Positions 49,386 through 58,290 of a DNA stretch of 64,000 nucleotides are shown piece by piece. Source of the DNA: Candidatus Multivoradales bacterium (GTDB taxonomy: Bacteria > Acidobacteriota > Thermoanaerobaculia > Multivoradales > JAHEKO01); assembly GCA_965223855.1 (NCBI GenBank), contig CBDCXM010000008.1:608001-672000 (forward strand), in the 5' to 3' direction. The notes beneath the pieces are model-generated. The model was not told the DNA's origin. It saw nothing but the letters and a program-made list of their open reading frames with translations, and did no database searches. Both the position numbers and the translations under genes were made by a program. The stretch's first letter is position 1. Every line of letters begins with the position of its first letter.

Positions 49386-51112
49386 CTCAGGTATCGCCGA
49401 GGCGGGATCGGCCGCAGCCTCCGGCTCCGGGACCCGTCCCGGATCACGACCGACGCGTCGAGTCCCTCGAGCGGCAGGAGAACCCGTGGATCGCTCGCCG
49501 ACGCGAAGCTCCCCGCCGTGCGGGAACGTCGCAGTTCCTGCCTGAGTGGTGATTCGATCTCGACCGTCTGTCCTGCGGGACGCACGAACTCATGGCCCGA
49601 CCAGCCGGCGCCGTCGGTCGGCTCGCTCGCATAGAGCTCCGCCTGGCCCCCGTTGTTGGTGACGACGAGGTCGAGGTCTCCATCGTCATCGAGATCGCCG
49701 ACGGCGAGACCTCGACTCACTTCGAACCCGGCGATCCAGTCGCCGGACGTCTCCGACTCGAAGCGACCGGCATCGCTCAGGAAGAGCTGGTTGGGTTGAC
49801 GCAGCGGATGCTCGACCCCGTCGGCTACCTGATCGAGCTCGAGGCGCACCGCTCCGTTGACGGCGGCCAGGTCGAGCCAGCCGTCGCCATCGACATCCAG
49901 CCAGGCGGCGCCGAAACCGGTCGAAGGAAGCGTCGGCACCGCCAGAGCGCTGTCGGTCGTACGGTCGTCGAAGAGACCGTCCTGCTGGACGTAGAGGGTG
50001 TGCGTCTCGCCGTCGAGGTGGGTCAGGAGCACGTCCTCGTCTCCGTCGCGATCGAAGTCGGCGACGGCCACTCCCATGCTCGCCTCGGGCTCGCCTCGCC
50101 GGTTGACCGCTACTCCGGCCAGCAGCGCCTCGTCCCGCCAGCCTCCCGATTCATAGATCCATAGTCGATTGGGCGCACCGTCGTTGGCTACCAGGAGACC
50201 CCATCGCCAGGGCGAATCGAGCTCGACGATCGCCGCGCCGAGCCCCGGGCCCGGCTCATCGACGAAGCCGGAGGCCGGCTCGAACGTCCCGTCTCCGCGG
50301 TTGCGCAACAGCCGGTCGGCGACCGGCTCGAAGCCCGAGGGGCCGCAGTAGTCCGGCATGCTGTTGGTCGCGTAGCAGCTTGGCGGATCGGCCACCGGAT
50401 AGTCGACGTAGTTGACGATGAGGAGGTCCTGCCGGCCGTCGCCGTCGTAATCGAGCAAGACCCCGCTCGTCGTCCAGCGCGGAGTCGTTTCCCCGAGCGC
50501 GATGCTGGCATCGTCGAACCTGCCGTCACCGCGGTTGATCAGCAGCCGATTGGGCCCGTAGTTGCCGACGAAGAGATCGAAGTCGCCGTCGTCGTCGACG
50601 TCGCCCACCGAGACCGACATCCCGTAGCCGCCGGCCGGCAACGCAGCCGCCTCCGAGACGTCTTTCCACAGTGGTGCGCCCTCCGGTCCGACCCCGTCAT
50701 TGCGCAGCAGCCTGTCCGAAGGGGGAGGAGTATCTCCCGGCTCCCAGGGAGTGCCCTGAACGAAGTAGAGGTCGAGGTCGCCGTCGCCGTCGTAGTCGAA
50801 GAGCCCCGCTCCGGCGCCGGTCATCTCCGGGAAGAGCAGTGCCCCGGTGCTGCCGTTCGCGTGAACTGGGGCCGCAGTGCCGAGCCATGGCAGCCGGCGA
50901 AGCCCATCGGCTGTTGCCGTCTCGGCAATCTGCGCTCCAGCTAGCAGGCAGAGCCCTAGGAGGACCGACCTCCTCCCTGCTCCCCCTACTTGCGACCGAC
51001 GACGACCGGATCGGTGCCGAGACGAGCGAGCTCCAGCTACCAGCTTCACTTCGAGGCACGAACACTGCACGAGGCCTAGCGCCCGAGCCAGGATATCCAT
51101 GGCCGCAGTCAC
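49373..51112 (-). CDS. CRTAC1-family FG-GAP protein with truncated ASPIC/UnbV-like end
   Basis: FDYDGDGDLDL repeats; EASMGV, SRGLAVGDLDDDGDLD and GSFASASDPR motifs; start uncertain. Confidence 0.85.
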   Translation of the reverse strand: MTAAMDILARALGLVQCSCLEVKLVAGARSSRHRSGRRRSQVGGAGRRSVLLGLCLLAGAQIAETATADGLRRLPWLGTAAPVHANGSTGALLFPEMTGAGAGLFDYDGDGDLDLYFVQGTPWEPGDTPPPSDRLLRNDGVGPEGAPLWKDVSEAAALPAGGYGMSVSVGDVDDDGDFDLFVGNYGPNRLLINRGDGRFDDASIALGETTPRWTTSGVLLDYDGDGRQDLLIVNYVDYPVADPPSCYATNSMPDYCGPSGFEPVADRLLRNRGDGTFEPASGFVDEPGPGLGAAIVELDSPWRWGLLVANDGAPNRLWIYESGGWRDEALLAGVAVNRRGEPEASMGVAVADFDRDGDEDVLLTHLDGETHTLYVQQDGLFDDRTTDSALAVPTLPSTGFGAAWLDVDGDGWLDLAAVNGAVRLELDQVADGVEHPLRQPNQLFLSDAGRFESETSGDWIAGFEVSRGLAVGDLDDDGDLDLVVTNNGGQAELYASEPTDGAGWSGHEFVRPAGQTVEIESPLRQELRRSRTAGSFASASDPRVLLPLEGLDASVVIRDGSRSRRLRPIPPRRYLRWPR

Positions 51113-51621
51113 GGTCAGAACTCTACCCCTTCCAGGTTAGGTACTTCCGCGCGCCGAGAAGAAGGCGAAGCTCGTCGTCGCGCCCATGAGCCGGAAGGGC
51201 GAACTCATCTGGGACGAGTAGCAGGTAGGAGACCGGCTGGCTGAAGCCAGCTGTGGTCCCTGGAGCGTCAACCGGGACCTTGGCCGTCGCAAACCATGCC
51301 GGGACGGGCGTAGAGGACAACCGCTCGACGACCAGAACCGCTCGCCGAAGACTCAGAGCGAGTCGGTCGGTTCTTGCGAAACGGCCTGGCAAGCGGCTCG
51401 GCGAAAAGTTGCGCTTTGAGCCCCGGTGATCGAATCGAACGCGAAGATAGGAGCAGAACGATGGACTGGTCGCCTCGAAGCTCCGCCGAGACTTGACCCA
51501 GGCGTGTCCGGGAAAATGGGAAGCGGCATCTAGCGCGGTCTCAGGCGACAATTCCATTGTGACTCGCCCTCGTCCAAGGGCTAGCAACTCCGGTGCTGCA
51601 CTCGCTACTCCGGATCTCAGC

Positions 51622-51939
51622 TCACTGAGACCACACGGAAACAAGAGGATTAAAGCGGTAACCGCGACCGCGCACCGTGACGATGAATGCGTTTCGCTCC
51701 GCACCACGGAGCGCTCGTCGGGCAGCCCAGATGGCGTTGGGTACGGTGCTTTCCGCGAGGTGCGCGCCGTCCCAGACACTCTCGATCAGATCTTCTCTAC
51801 TCACCAGTCGGTGCCGATGTTCGAGCAGAAACTCCACCACGTCGAAAGCCCGAGCTTCGAGGGGCTGCGTGTGGCCGAAGACCGTCAGTTCCCTATCAAC
51901 TGTATCGACCGTTCGCCCGTTGAAGACATAGAGCGTCAT
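51622..51939 (-). CDS. Stand-alone winged-HTH (trans_reg_C) protein
   Basis: LEARAFDVVEFLL...VSREDLIESVW...TVRGRGYRF; only 105 aa. Confidence 0.75.
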   Translation of the reverse strand: MTLYVFNGRTVDTVDRELTVFGHTQPLEARAFDVVEFLLEHRHRLVSREDLIESVWDGAHLAESTVPNAIWAARRALRGAERNAFIVTVRGRGYRFNPLVSVWSQ

Positions 51940-52476
51940 CGGCCGCCCTCCGCAGGAGGCGGAAGATCATCGTGTCGTTGTCGACGGAGCTCCTCTGCAA
52001 GAAGCAGCCGTCGGAGGCCCGAAGCGGACCTCCGACGGCCGTTCACAAACTGGCGCTGGAGGTTTGTGGGACTTGTAGACGCGCCAGCCTGACTCAGATA
52101 GGTGAAGCCGAGAGGCACCATGAGTTCCGTTCCGTACGCCTCGTCTGTTGCAAGGCCGCTGTCTGGCTCGACGAAGTGACGGCCAGCATCGAGCTCGTGC
52201 GATATCGGGGCATCGTCTAGTACGCGGAGTTGCATCGACGGCGGAGCCATCTGCCAAGCGGTTCAGAACCTGTGCTACCCGGGCATGACCACGTTCTCCG
52301 TCCGAGGTTTCTTGGACCAAGCCGAGATCTGGTGAGGCACCGTGCTTCATCGACGTGCTTCCCAGATGAAATCGGCCGCCGGAGACCCGTCAGGTATCTC
52401 CGGCGGCCTGCGGTGAGCGGAGTGCTTGAGTACTGGGCCGATCATCGTGCTCGCCGCTCAGCGCGCTAGGAGGAAC

Positions 52477-55467
52477 CTATCTCCAGTTCACCCGGACGCC
52501 GAAGCGGTAGATGCGCGGCGACAGGGTCTCCGTGAGATTGTCCGCAGTCGAGGCGTCGAGACGACGGCGACGCTGCAGGACAGTGGTCTCGTCGAGCACG
52601 TTGAAGACATCGATCGAGGCCGAGAAACCGACGTTACCGGTCGACGCGAACTCCTTCTCGAGTCGCAGGTCGAACGTGGTGATGTCGGGGGCGCGGAACG
52701 AATCCAGGGCGGTAGTGACCTGCACGTCCTTGGCGAACGCGTCCGCCGGGCGCACGTTGTCGTAGTACGGCAGCGGAGTGCCCTCACGACTGTACAGGTT
52801 ACCGGCGATGTTGAAGCCCCACGGCTGGTCCGGAGCAACCTGGTACATACCGTTCAGGTTGAACTGGAAGCCGCTCTCGAGGAAGACGTCCTGCTTGGCG
52901 CCAGAACCGGCAGCCTGGACAGCGAAGAGACCACCCTCGTTGTCGAAGCCACCCTCTTCGTCAGTGGGATCGTAGTTGGCGATGTAGCTCGAGCCAAGGC
53001 TGTAGGTGCCCTCACCGGAGGTGAAGTAACCACGCAGCATCCACTGGTTGGAGAGGCGCTTGGTGAAGTTGACGCTGATCCCCTCGTACTCCACCGAACG
53101 GTCGGTGTTCTCGAGAAGTTGGCCGCCCGTGCGGGAACCCGCGGGAAGCGAGTAGTACGGGGCGCTGTACGGCGTGCCGTCCGGCAGGATGCCTTCCAGC
53201 GTGCCAGCAAGCTCGTAGTCGGCCGCCGTGGAAGGACGGGGACCGTTGCCGAGGTCGATCATCTGGCGAGTGCCGAGAATGTCATCGGTCTCACGCAGGG
53301 TGACCGTCGCACCGGCGACGAACTCAGGCGCGAAGGCGTGCTCGACGCCAACGATGAGCTCGTTGATCATCGACGGATCCAGACCCGGGTCCGTGACGTT
53401 CACGCTCTCGATGGAGGTCGGGTCCGAAGGATCGAAACCAACGTTGCCGTCGAACGTCAGAGGAGACTCGTTGAAGTCGTCCCAGATACCGTTGCCGTTG
53501 ACGTCATCGAAGATGAACGTGGCGTAGGCACGGCCGGCGGGGTTGGTGCGGTTGATGTTGGCCGTCGACAGCTGCTCCGGGAACTGCGAGAAGCTACCGC
53601 GGAGAAGCGTCTTGCGCTCCTCACCGAGGGCGTAGGTCACACCAACGCGCGGGGTGATGGTCGACCACTCGAACGGAGCGGCCGCACCCGGGTACGAGAA
53701 CGCCGGAAGAACGTCCGGAACCTCGACGGCTGCAGGAACCGAGGCCGCCTCGTTGCGACCGTCCTGGAGGTCGTAGCGCAGACCGACGTTGATCGTCAGG
53801 TTGCCCGTGGAGATCGTGTCCTGAATCCACGCCGACTGGTAGGACGTGGTTACCGGTGGGCCGTCGATACCGCGGAAGTGCACGGTCTGAGGAACACCGA
53901 AGAAGTTCTCGTTGATGTGGAAAAGGTCGCGGCCCGGCCACAGGAAGTCGGAGCGCTGGTCGAAGTCACGCTGACGAGCACCGAACTTGATCTCGTGGCC
54001 GGCGTTGCCGGTGTTGAAGAAGTAGGAGCCGTCGATCTTGACTTCCTCGGACGGACGACTGGAGCTACCGGAGAGATAGCTGTTGCCCCAACCCTCGGCA
54101 GCCCAGGTGGTCTCGGGAGCCGCGGTGATCGAACCTGCGGCGATGACCGCCTTGGACGTCAGTGAGAAGCCGCCGTCGACCTTCGACAGCGTGCCGCCGA
54201 TGAAGAAGTTGGAGTTCACGACGTGCGTGTCCTCGAACTTGATGATGGCGGACGGACCACGCTGATCCCACGTCGTGGGCTGCGGGCGCGTCGGGCCGGC
54301 GTTACGGCCGAACTTCTTCTTGTCGCCGTTGTTCCAGGAGCCGGTGAACGAGTTCGAGCTGCCGAGCTGACCGTTGATCTTCAGCGCGGTGTTCTCGAGG
54401 ATCGTGTCATCAGCCTGGACGGCGTCGGGCGAAGCAGCACCAGTGCGGTTCTTGATGTCGTTCGAACCGAACGAACCCCAGAACCACAGCTTGTCCTTGA
54501 CGGCGGGGCCACCGGCCTCGAAACCGTACTCCTGGACCTGGTTGATGGTGTTGCCGATGAAGCGCGTCTGCGGCGCGCCCTGCGGCGAACCGTCGGGCAG
54601 GTTCTGCGTGTTGCCAACGTTACCCCCGCCAAGAATGCCGCTCGAGGCGTTGAAGTCCGGCACGTTCTGCTCCAGGGCACCGTTGAAGAAGTTGTCATCG
54701 GTGCGGAGGAACCGGGCGCTGCCACGGAACTCGTTGGTGCCGCGCTTCGTCACGAGGTTCACGGAGACGCCGGCGTTCGACTTGGTGACGTCGGTGCCGC
54801 CGGTGGTGAACTGCATCTCGGTGAACTGGTCGAAGTCGTAGTACGTCGCCGAAGCGCCGACTGCGGCCATGTCAGTGGTCTCGACACCGTCGATGAGGAA
54901 AGCGTTCTCATCGTCGCCAACGCCGGGGCCGGTGAAGGTGGACTGCTGCCCACTCTCGTTACCGCCGACGTTGATGCGATCGACCATGACGCCGGGGGTC
55001 TGAGAAAGCACCGACCACGGGTCGCGGGCCGTCGGGATCTTCTCGAGCTCGACCTGACTGATCGTTGTACCGGTGGTGAGCTTACGCTCGTCGAGGAGCG
55101 GGCTCTCCGAGGTGACGGTGATCGTCTCCTCGACGGCCGGGGACATCGACAGTTCGATGGTCGTGTTGAGACCGACACGAATGTTGACGTTGGGATACTC
55201 GATGGTCGAGAAACCCTCGAGCTCCGAAGTGAGCTGGACGTTGCCGGGGTCGATCGCCAGGAAGCGAGTCTGACCGTTTCCGTCGGTGACCTGGACACGC
55301 GGCGCGCCTGCGCCAGTCATCGTCACCGTAACGCCCGGCAGGGGAGCACCCTCGTTGTCCACGGCGCGGACGTAGAGGTTACCCGTAGCCGTCTGCGCGG
55401 ACACCATACCGACGGTGCCGAGCAGCAGGGCGAGGCAGAGGAAGAGTTGACTGATAACTCTCTTCAT
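52477..55467 (-). CDS. Oar-type TonB-dependent receptor with carboxypeptidase-regulatory N-domain
   Basis: Signal peptide; LPGVTVT, IPTARDPW, NLVTKRGTN and GLRYD motifs; C-terminal PRIYRFGVRVNW; AAGAAAGGAG RBS. Confidence 0.92.
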   Translation of the reverse strand: MKRVISQLFLCLALLLGTVGMVSAQTATGNLYVRAVDNEGAPLPGVTVTMTGAGAPRVQVTDGNGQTRFLAIDPGNVQLTSELEGFSTIEYPNVNIRVGLNTTIELSMSPAVEETITVTSESPLLDERKLTTGTTISQVELEKIPTARDPWSVLSQTPGVMVDRINVGGNESGQQSTFTGPGVGDDENAFLIDGVETTDMAAVGASATYYDFDQFTEMQFTTGGTDVTKSNAGVSVNLVTKRGTNEFRGSARFLRTDDNFFNGALEQNVPDFNASSGILGGGNVGNTQNLPDGSPQGAPQTRFIGNTINQVQEYGFEAGGPAVKDKLWFWGSFGSNDIKNRTGAASPDAVQADDTILENTALKINGQLGSSNSFTGSWNNGDKKKFGRNAGPTRPQPTTWDQRGPSAIIKFEDTHVVNSNFFIGGTLSKVDGGFSLTSKAVIAAGSITAAPETTWAAEGWGNSYLSGSSSRPSEEVKIDGSYFFNTGNAGHEIKFGARQRDFDQRSDFLWPGRDLFHINENFFGVPQTVHFRGIDGPPVTTSYQSAWIQDTISTGNLTINVGLRYDLQDGRNEAASVPAAVEVPDVLPAFSYPGAAAPFEWSTITPRVGVTYALGEERKTLLRGSFSQFPEQLSTANINRTNPAGRAYATFIFDDVNGNGIWDDFNESPLTFDGNVGFDPSDPTSIESVNVTDPGLDPSMINELIVGVEHAFAPEFVAGATVTLRETDDILGTRQMIDLGNGPRPSTAADYELAGTLEGILPDGTPYSAPYYSLPAGSRTGGQLLENTDRSVEYEGISVNFTKRLSNQWMLRGYFTSGEGTYSLGSSYIANYDPTDEEGGFDNEGGLFAVQAAGSGAKQDVFLESGFQFNLNGMYQVAPDQPWGFNIAGNLYSREGTPLPYYDNVRPADAFAKDVQVTTALDSFRAPDITTFDLRLEKEFASTGNVGFSASIDVFNVLDETTVLQRRRRLDASTADNLTETLSPRIYRFGVRVNWR

Positions 55468-55752
55468 CTGGATCTCCTTTCTTGGTTCGACGGCCGCCGC
55501 CAGTGGCGGAACGTCGCCAGGCCTAGCTGGTGCAAACTGAGGGCCTCATGCCAGGTCAGGCTGCGCTCATCGCCGATCTATGTACTTGATATGAAGACCA
55601 CTTAGCCGACTTTCCTCAGATTTCTCAAGATCGAGGAGCCGGTCTCGGCTCGCTCTCCCAGGCCGCTCTTGGGTCGGATGTGCATCGAATCGGTTCAAGC
55701 AGGTGAACGCCCGCTTCAACGATCTCGTGCTTCTTCACGTTCTCGTGGCCTC

Positions 55753-55819
55753 GACTTCGCACTCTTCGCCGACGGGCTTCGAAAGCGGCAATACCAGCGC
55801 CTGATCCTCAACCGATCCT
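55753..55819 (+). pseudogene. Decayed remnant of an FADGFESG-tailed gene
   Basis: gac ttc gca ctc ttc gcc gac gg(g)c ttc gaa agc ggc aat acc agc gcc tga tcc tca acc = DFALFADG/FESGNTSA*SST. Confidence 0.6.
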
Positions 55820-56151
55820 CGTCACTTGCTTTCTTCCCGGCCAGCCAACGACCGCGACGGAGGGGGCGTCGGCCGGTCACGATGCCGAGAGGCTGTGCGA
55901 TGGCCGTGGTGCATACTCCGGAGCAGCCGGCACCACCGTACTCCGAGAGGCGTCCGCCAGCTTCGCAGGCCGTCGCGGTAGAGATCAGGGCGAGCCCGAA
56001 GTACGTCGGGTCCTACAGTCCGAAGAACGACTCCGTCCCCCGATAGTGGAGGCGCTCCTCTTCACCCGTTACCGTGGTGAGAGGCTGAGTCACCCGGCCG
56101 CAGCGATCTACGCACCGGCCAGAGGGCAGAGCCCCGGAAGCGCGAGCTTCC

Positions 56152-58290
56152 TCACCGTCGCCCCGACTTGTGCGCCACGAAGACGACCTGATCAGTGCCG
56201 AGATAGCCCAGCTCCAGCGACCAGAAGAGGTGCGCCTCGACCTTGTGGAACCCTGCCGCCCTCACCTGGTCGAGCAGCTCCCAGCCGAACTCCCGATAGA
56301 CCCCGGTGGTCCGCCCGCCGATGCGCTTGCGGTTCTCCTGCCGATCGGTCCAGAAGGAGCCGGTGAAGACCATCGTCCCGCCCGGAGCGAGGCGCGCGAA
56401 GCAGGCATCGATCGCCGCACCGCAATCGGGTGCGCGGTCGAGCATGTCGATCACCACGAGAACCTCGGTCGGCTCCGCCGCCGACCGGAAGCGCCCGTCC
56501 TCGTCTCCCGGCTCCGGCTGCCAGGAGGTGACGCTCGTGAAGCGATCGCGAAGCGCGTGGCCGACCTCGTCCTCGAGCTCCCAGACCGCCATCGTGTCGT
56601 CCTTCCCGGGAGCGACCACCGACAGCAGCACCTGCAGCAACCCCCGGGCCTTGCAGTTGAGCGCGCACCGCTGGCACACGAGCCGCTCGCGCCAGTTCGG
56701 CCGACCCGCCTCGACGTCACCGCCGAACTCGAAATCGACGTGCATCGGCGTCCGGCTCGCGCAGAACACGCAGACCGCATCGACCAGAAACGGCACCCGC
56801 CCTTCGGCGAGCCCGACCTCGATCTCGCGGCGACGAAGGTACTCGCCCCGTCGCTCGGCCCGCCACGCCCGGAACGGCTCCAGCCGAGCGAAGGGCACCG
56901 TCTCGAGCAACGCCAGCGGGTCACACTCCGGCGCCTCCTCCGCCACGCGCTCGGCCACTCGCTGCTCGAGCAGGTCGCAGCATCGACCGGCGGCCGCGAC
57001 GGCTTCGGCACCGCTCGGGGCCGCCTTCAGGCGGACGATCGGAATCCCGGAGCCGGAAGCCCACTCGGGCGGTCGTCGGTCCATTCCGACCAGACAGCCG
57101 GCCGCAGCCACGCTGTCGCCACCGGAGGGGATCTCCATCACGCCGTCGCTTCCGCCCAGGGCCGCCAGGAGTGCAGCGTCGGCCTCGCGATCCAGGCCGA
57201 GGGCGGCACTCGGATAGCGCTGCCGCACCAGCGGCAGCACGTCGCCGAGAAACCCGGAGAGCACATCGTGCTGCGTCGCAGCGGCGTCCGTGGAGTCGGC
57301 TCCGCCGAAGCGGAAGTAGAGGAGGTTCCCTTCGTCCCCGGCCTTGTCGGAACTTCGGGCCGCGACCGAGTGGCTCTCGAAGCCCTCCCAACCGCGGTGG
57401 CTCTCCCCCAGCGAGCGCCCCTCGAACCGGCCTCTCGCGACGACCCTCATGTCGAAGGTGTCGACCCCGAGCTCCTCCAGCTTCGTCGACAGCCGGTGCT
57501 CTCTGAGGATCGCCGTCGCCTTGTCTTCGAACCGCCGCAAGGTCGCCTCCGAAAGCTCGAAGGCCGAATGCCACTGCTCGCCGACAGCGATGTCGGGCGA
57601 CGCTCCCGCCGCGGCAGGTCTGACGAGCCACCTCTCGAGCCGCGACGCCAGCGCTCGACTGAGCGGCGCATCGGCCGCCCAGGGCGAGCGCCAGTCGCCG
57701 CTGAAGAAGCGTCGCCTCTCGATGCCGTCGCCGAACCGGCCCAGTCTCGGCAGCAGACTCGCCGGGCAGATCAGATAGCTGGTGCGCAACCACCCCCGGT
57801 AGCGCCTCCCCAGCAGCTCCAACTCCTCGCCGAAGGAGTCGTACCAACCGACGACCGCCCGGCGTTCCCGAACGAGATCGATCGTCCTGGCGTCGATCAG
57901 GTCGAGATAGCCGTCGCCGTTGGCTCGGAAGGCATCCGTTGTCAGCAGGACGACGTCGTGGAGTCGGCCGGTGGCAGCGAGATGATCGATCCCCTCGTCG
58001 AAGGCCGAGAACTCCCAGGCCGCGTTGCTGCCGGCGATACGGGTGTCGTCGAAGCCCGACGGCCCCGAGGTCGCCCGTTCGGGGAGAGAGACCTCGGAAA
58101 GGGGTGCATCCTCGGACACCTCCGAGGCCGCGTTGTCCACCACCACCCCGGAGATTCGCTCCTGCCCGAATCGTTCCAGATGCTCGCGCAGCACTCGCCA
58201 CGCGCGCGGATACTTCTCCCGGTCGTAGCGGGCCATGACGACCGACAAGCCCGTCGATCGCTCACCTCCGGGTCGCTCCTGGTCAGACAC
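56152..58290 (-). CDS. Multidomain glycan-modification protein (GT-like N-terminus, SAM methyltransferase-like C-terminus)
   Basis: VVVDN...WEFSAFDEG N-domain; CVFC...NWRERLVCQRC; LAPGGTMVFT...YREFGWELL methyltransferase-like end; overlaps the upstream GT gene. Confidence 0.65.
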   Translation of the reverse strand: MSDQERPGGERSTGLSVVMARYDREKYPRAWRVLREHLERFGQERISGVVVDNAASEVSEDAPLSEVSLPERATSGPSGFDDTRIAGSNAAWEFSAFDEGIDHLAATGRLHDVVLLTTDAFRANGDGYLDLIDARTIDLVRERRAVVGWYDSFGEELELLGRRYRGWLRTSYLICPASLLPRLGRFGDGIERRRFFSGDWRSPWAADAPLSRALASRLERWLVRPAAAGASPDIAVGEQWHSAFELSEATLRRFEDKATAILREHRLSTKLEELGVDTFDMRVVARGRFEGRSLGESHRGWEGFESHSVAARSSDKAGDEGNLLYFRFGGADSTDAAATQHDVLSGFLGDVLPLVRQRYPSAALGLDREADAALLAALGGSDGVMEIPSGGDSVAAAGCLVGMDRRPPEWASGSGIPIVRLKAAPSGAEAVAAAGRCCDLLEQRVAERVAEEAPECDPLALLETVPFARLEPFRAWRAERRGEYLRRREIEVGLAEGRVPFLVDAVCVFCASRTPMHVDFEFGGDVEAGRPNWRERLVCQRCALNCKARGLLQVLLSVVAPGKDDTMAVWELEDEVGHALRDRFTSVTSWQPEPGDEDGRFRSAAEPTEVLVVIDMLDRAPDCGAAIDACFARLAPGGTMVFTGSFWTDRQENRKRIGGRTTGVYREFGWELLDQVRAAGFHKVEAHLFWSLELGYLGTDQVVFVAHKSGRR

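Noticed and set aside
51123-52250. ORFs 51123-51779 and 51936-52250
   Set aside because: No recognisable motifs and atypical codon usage; one overlaps the wHTH gene.
55531-55553. Sigma54 promoter upstream of the TonB receptor (TGGCAT...TTGCA)
   Set aside because: Spacing is 12 nt instead of the required 5.
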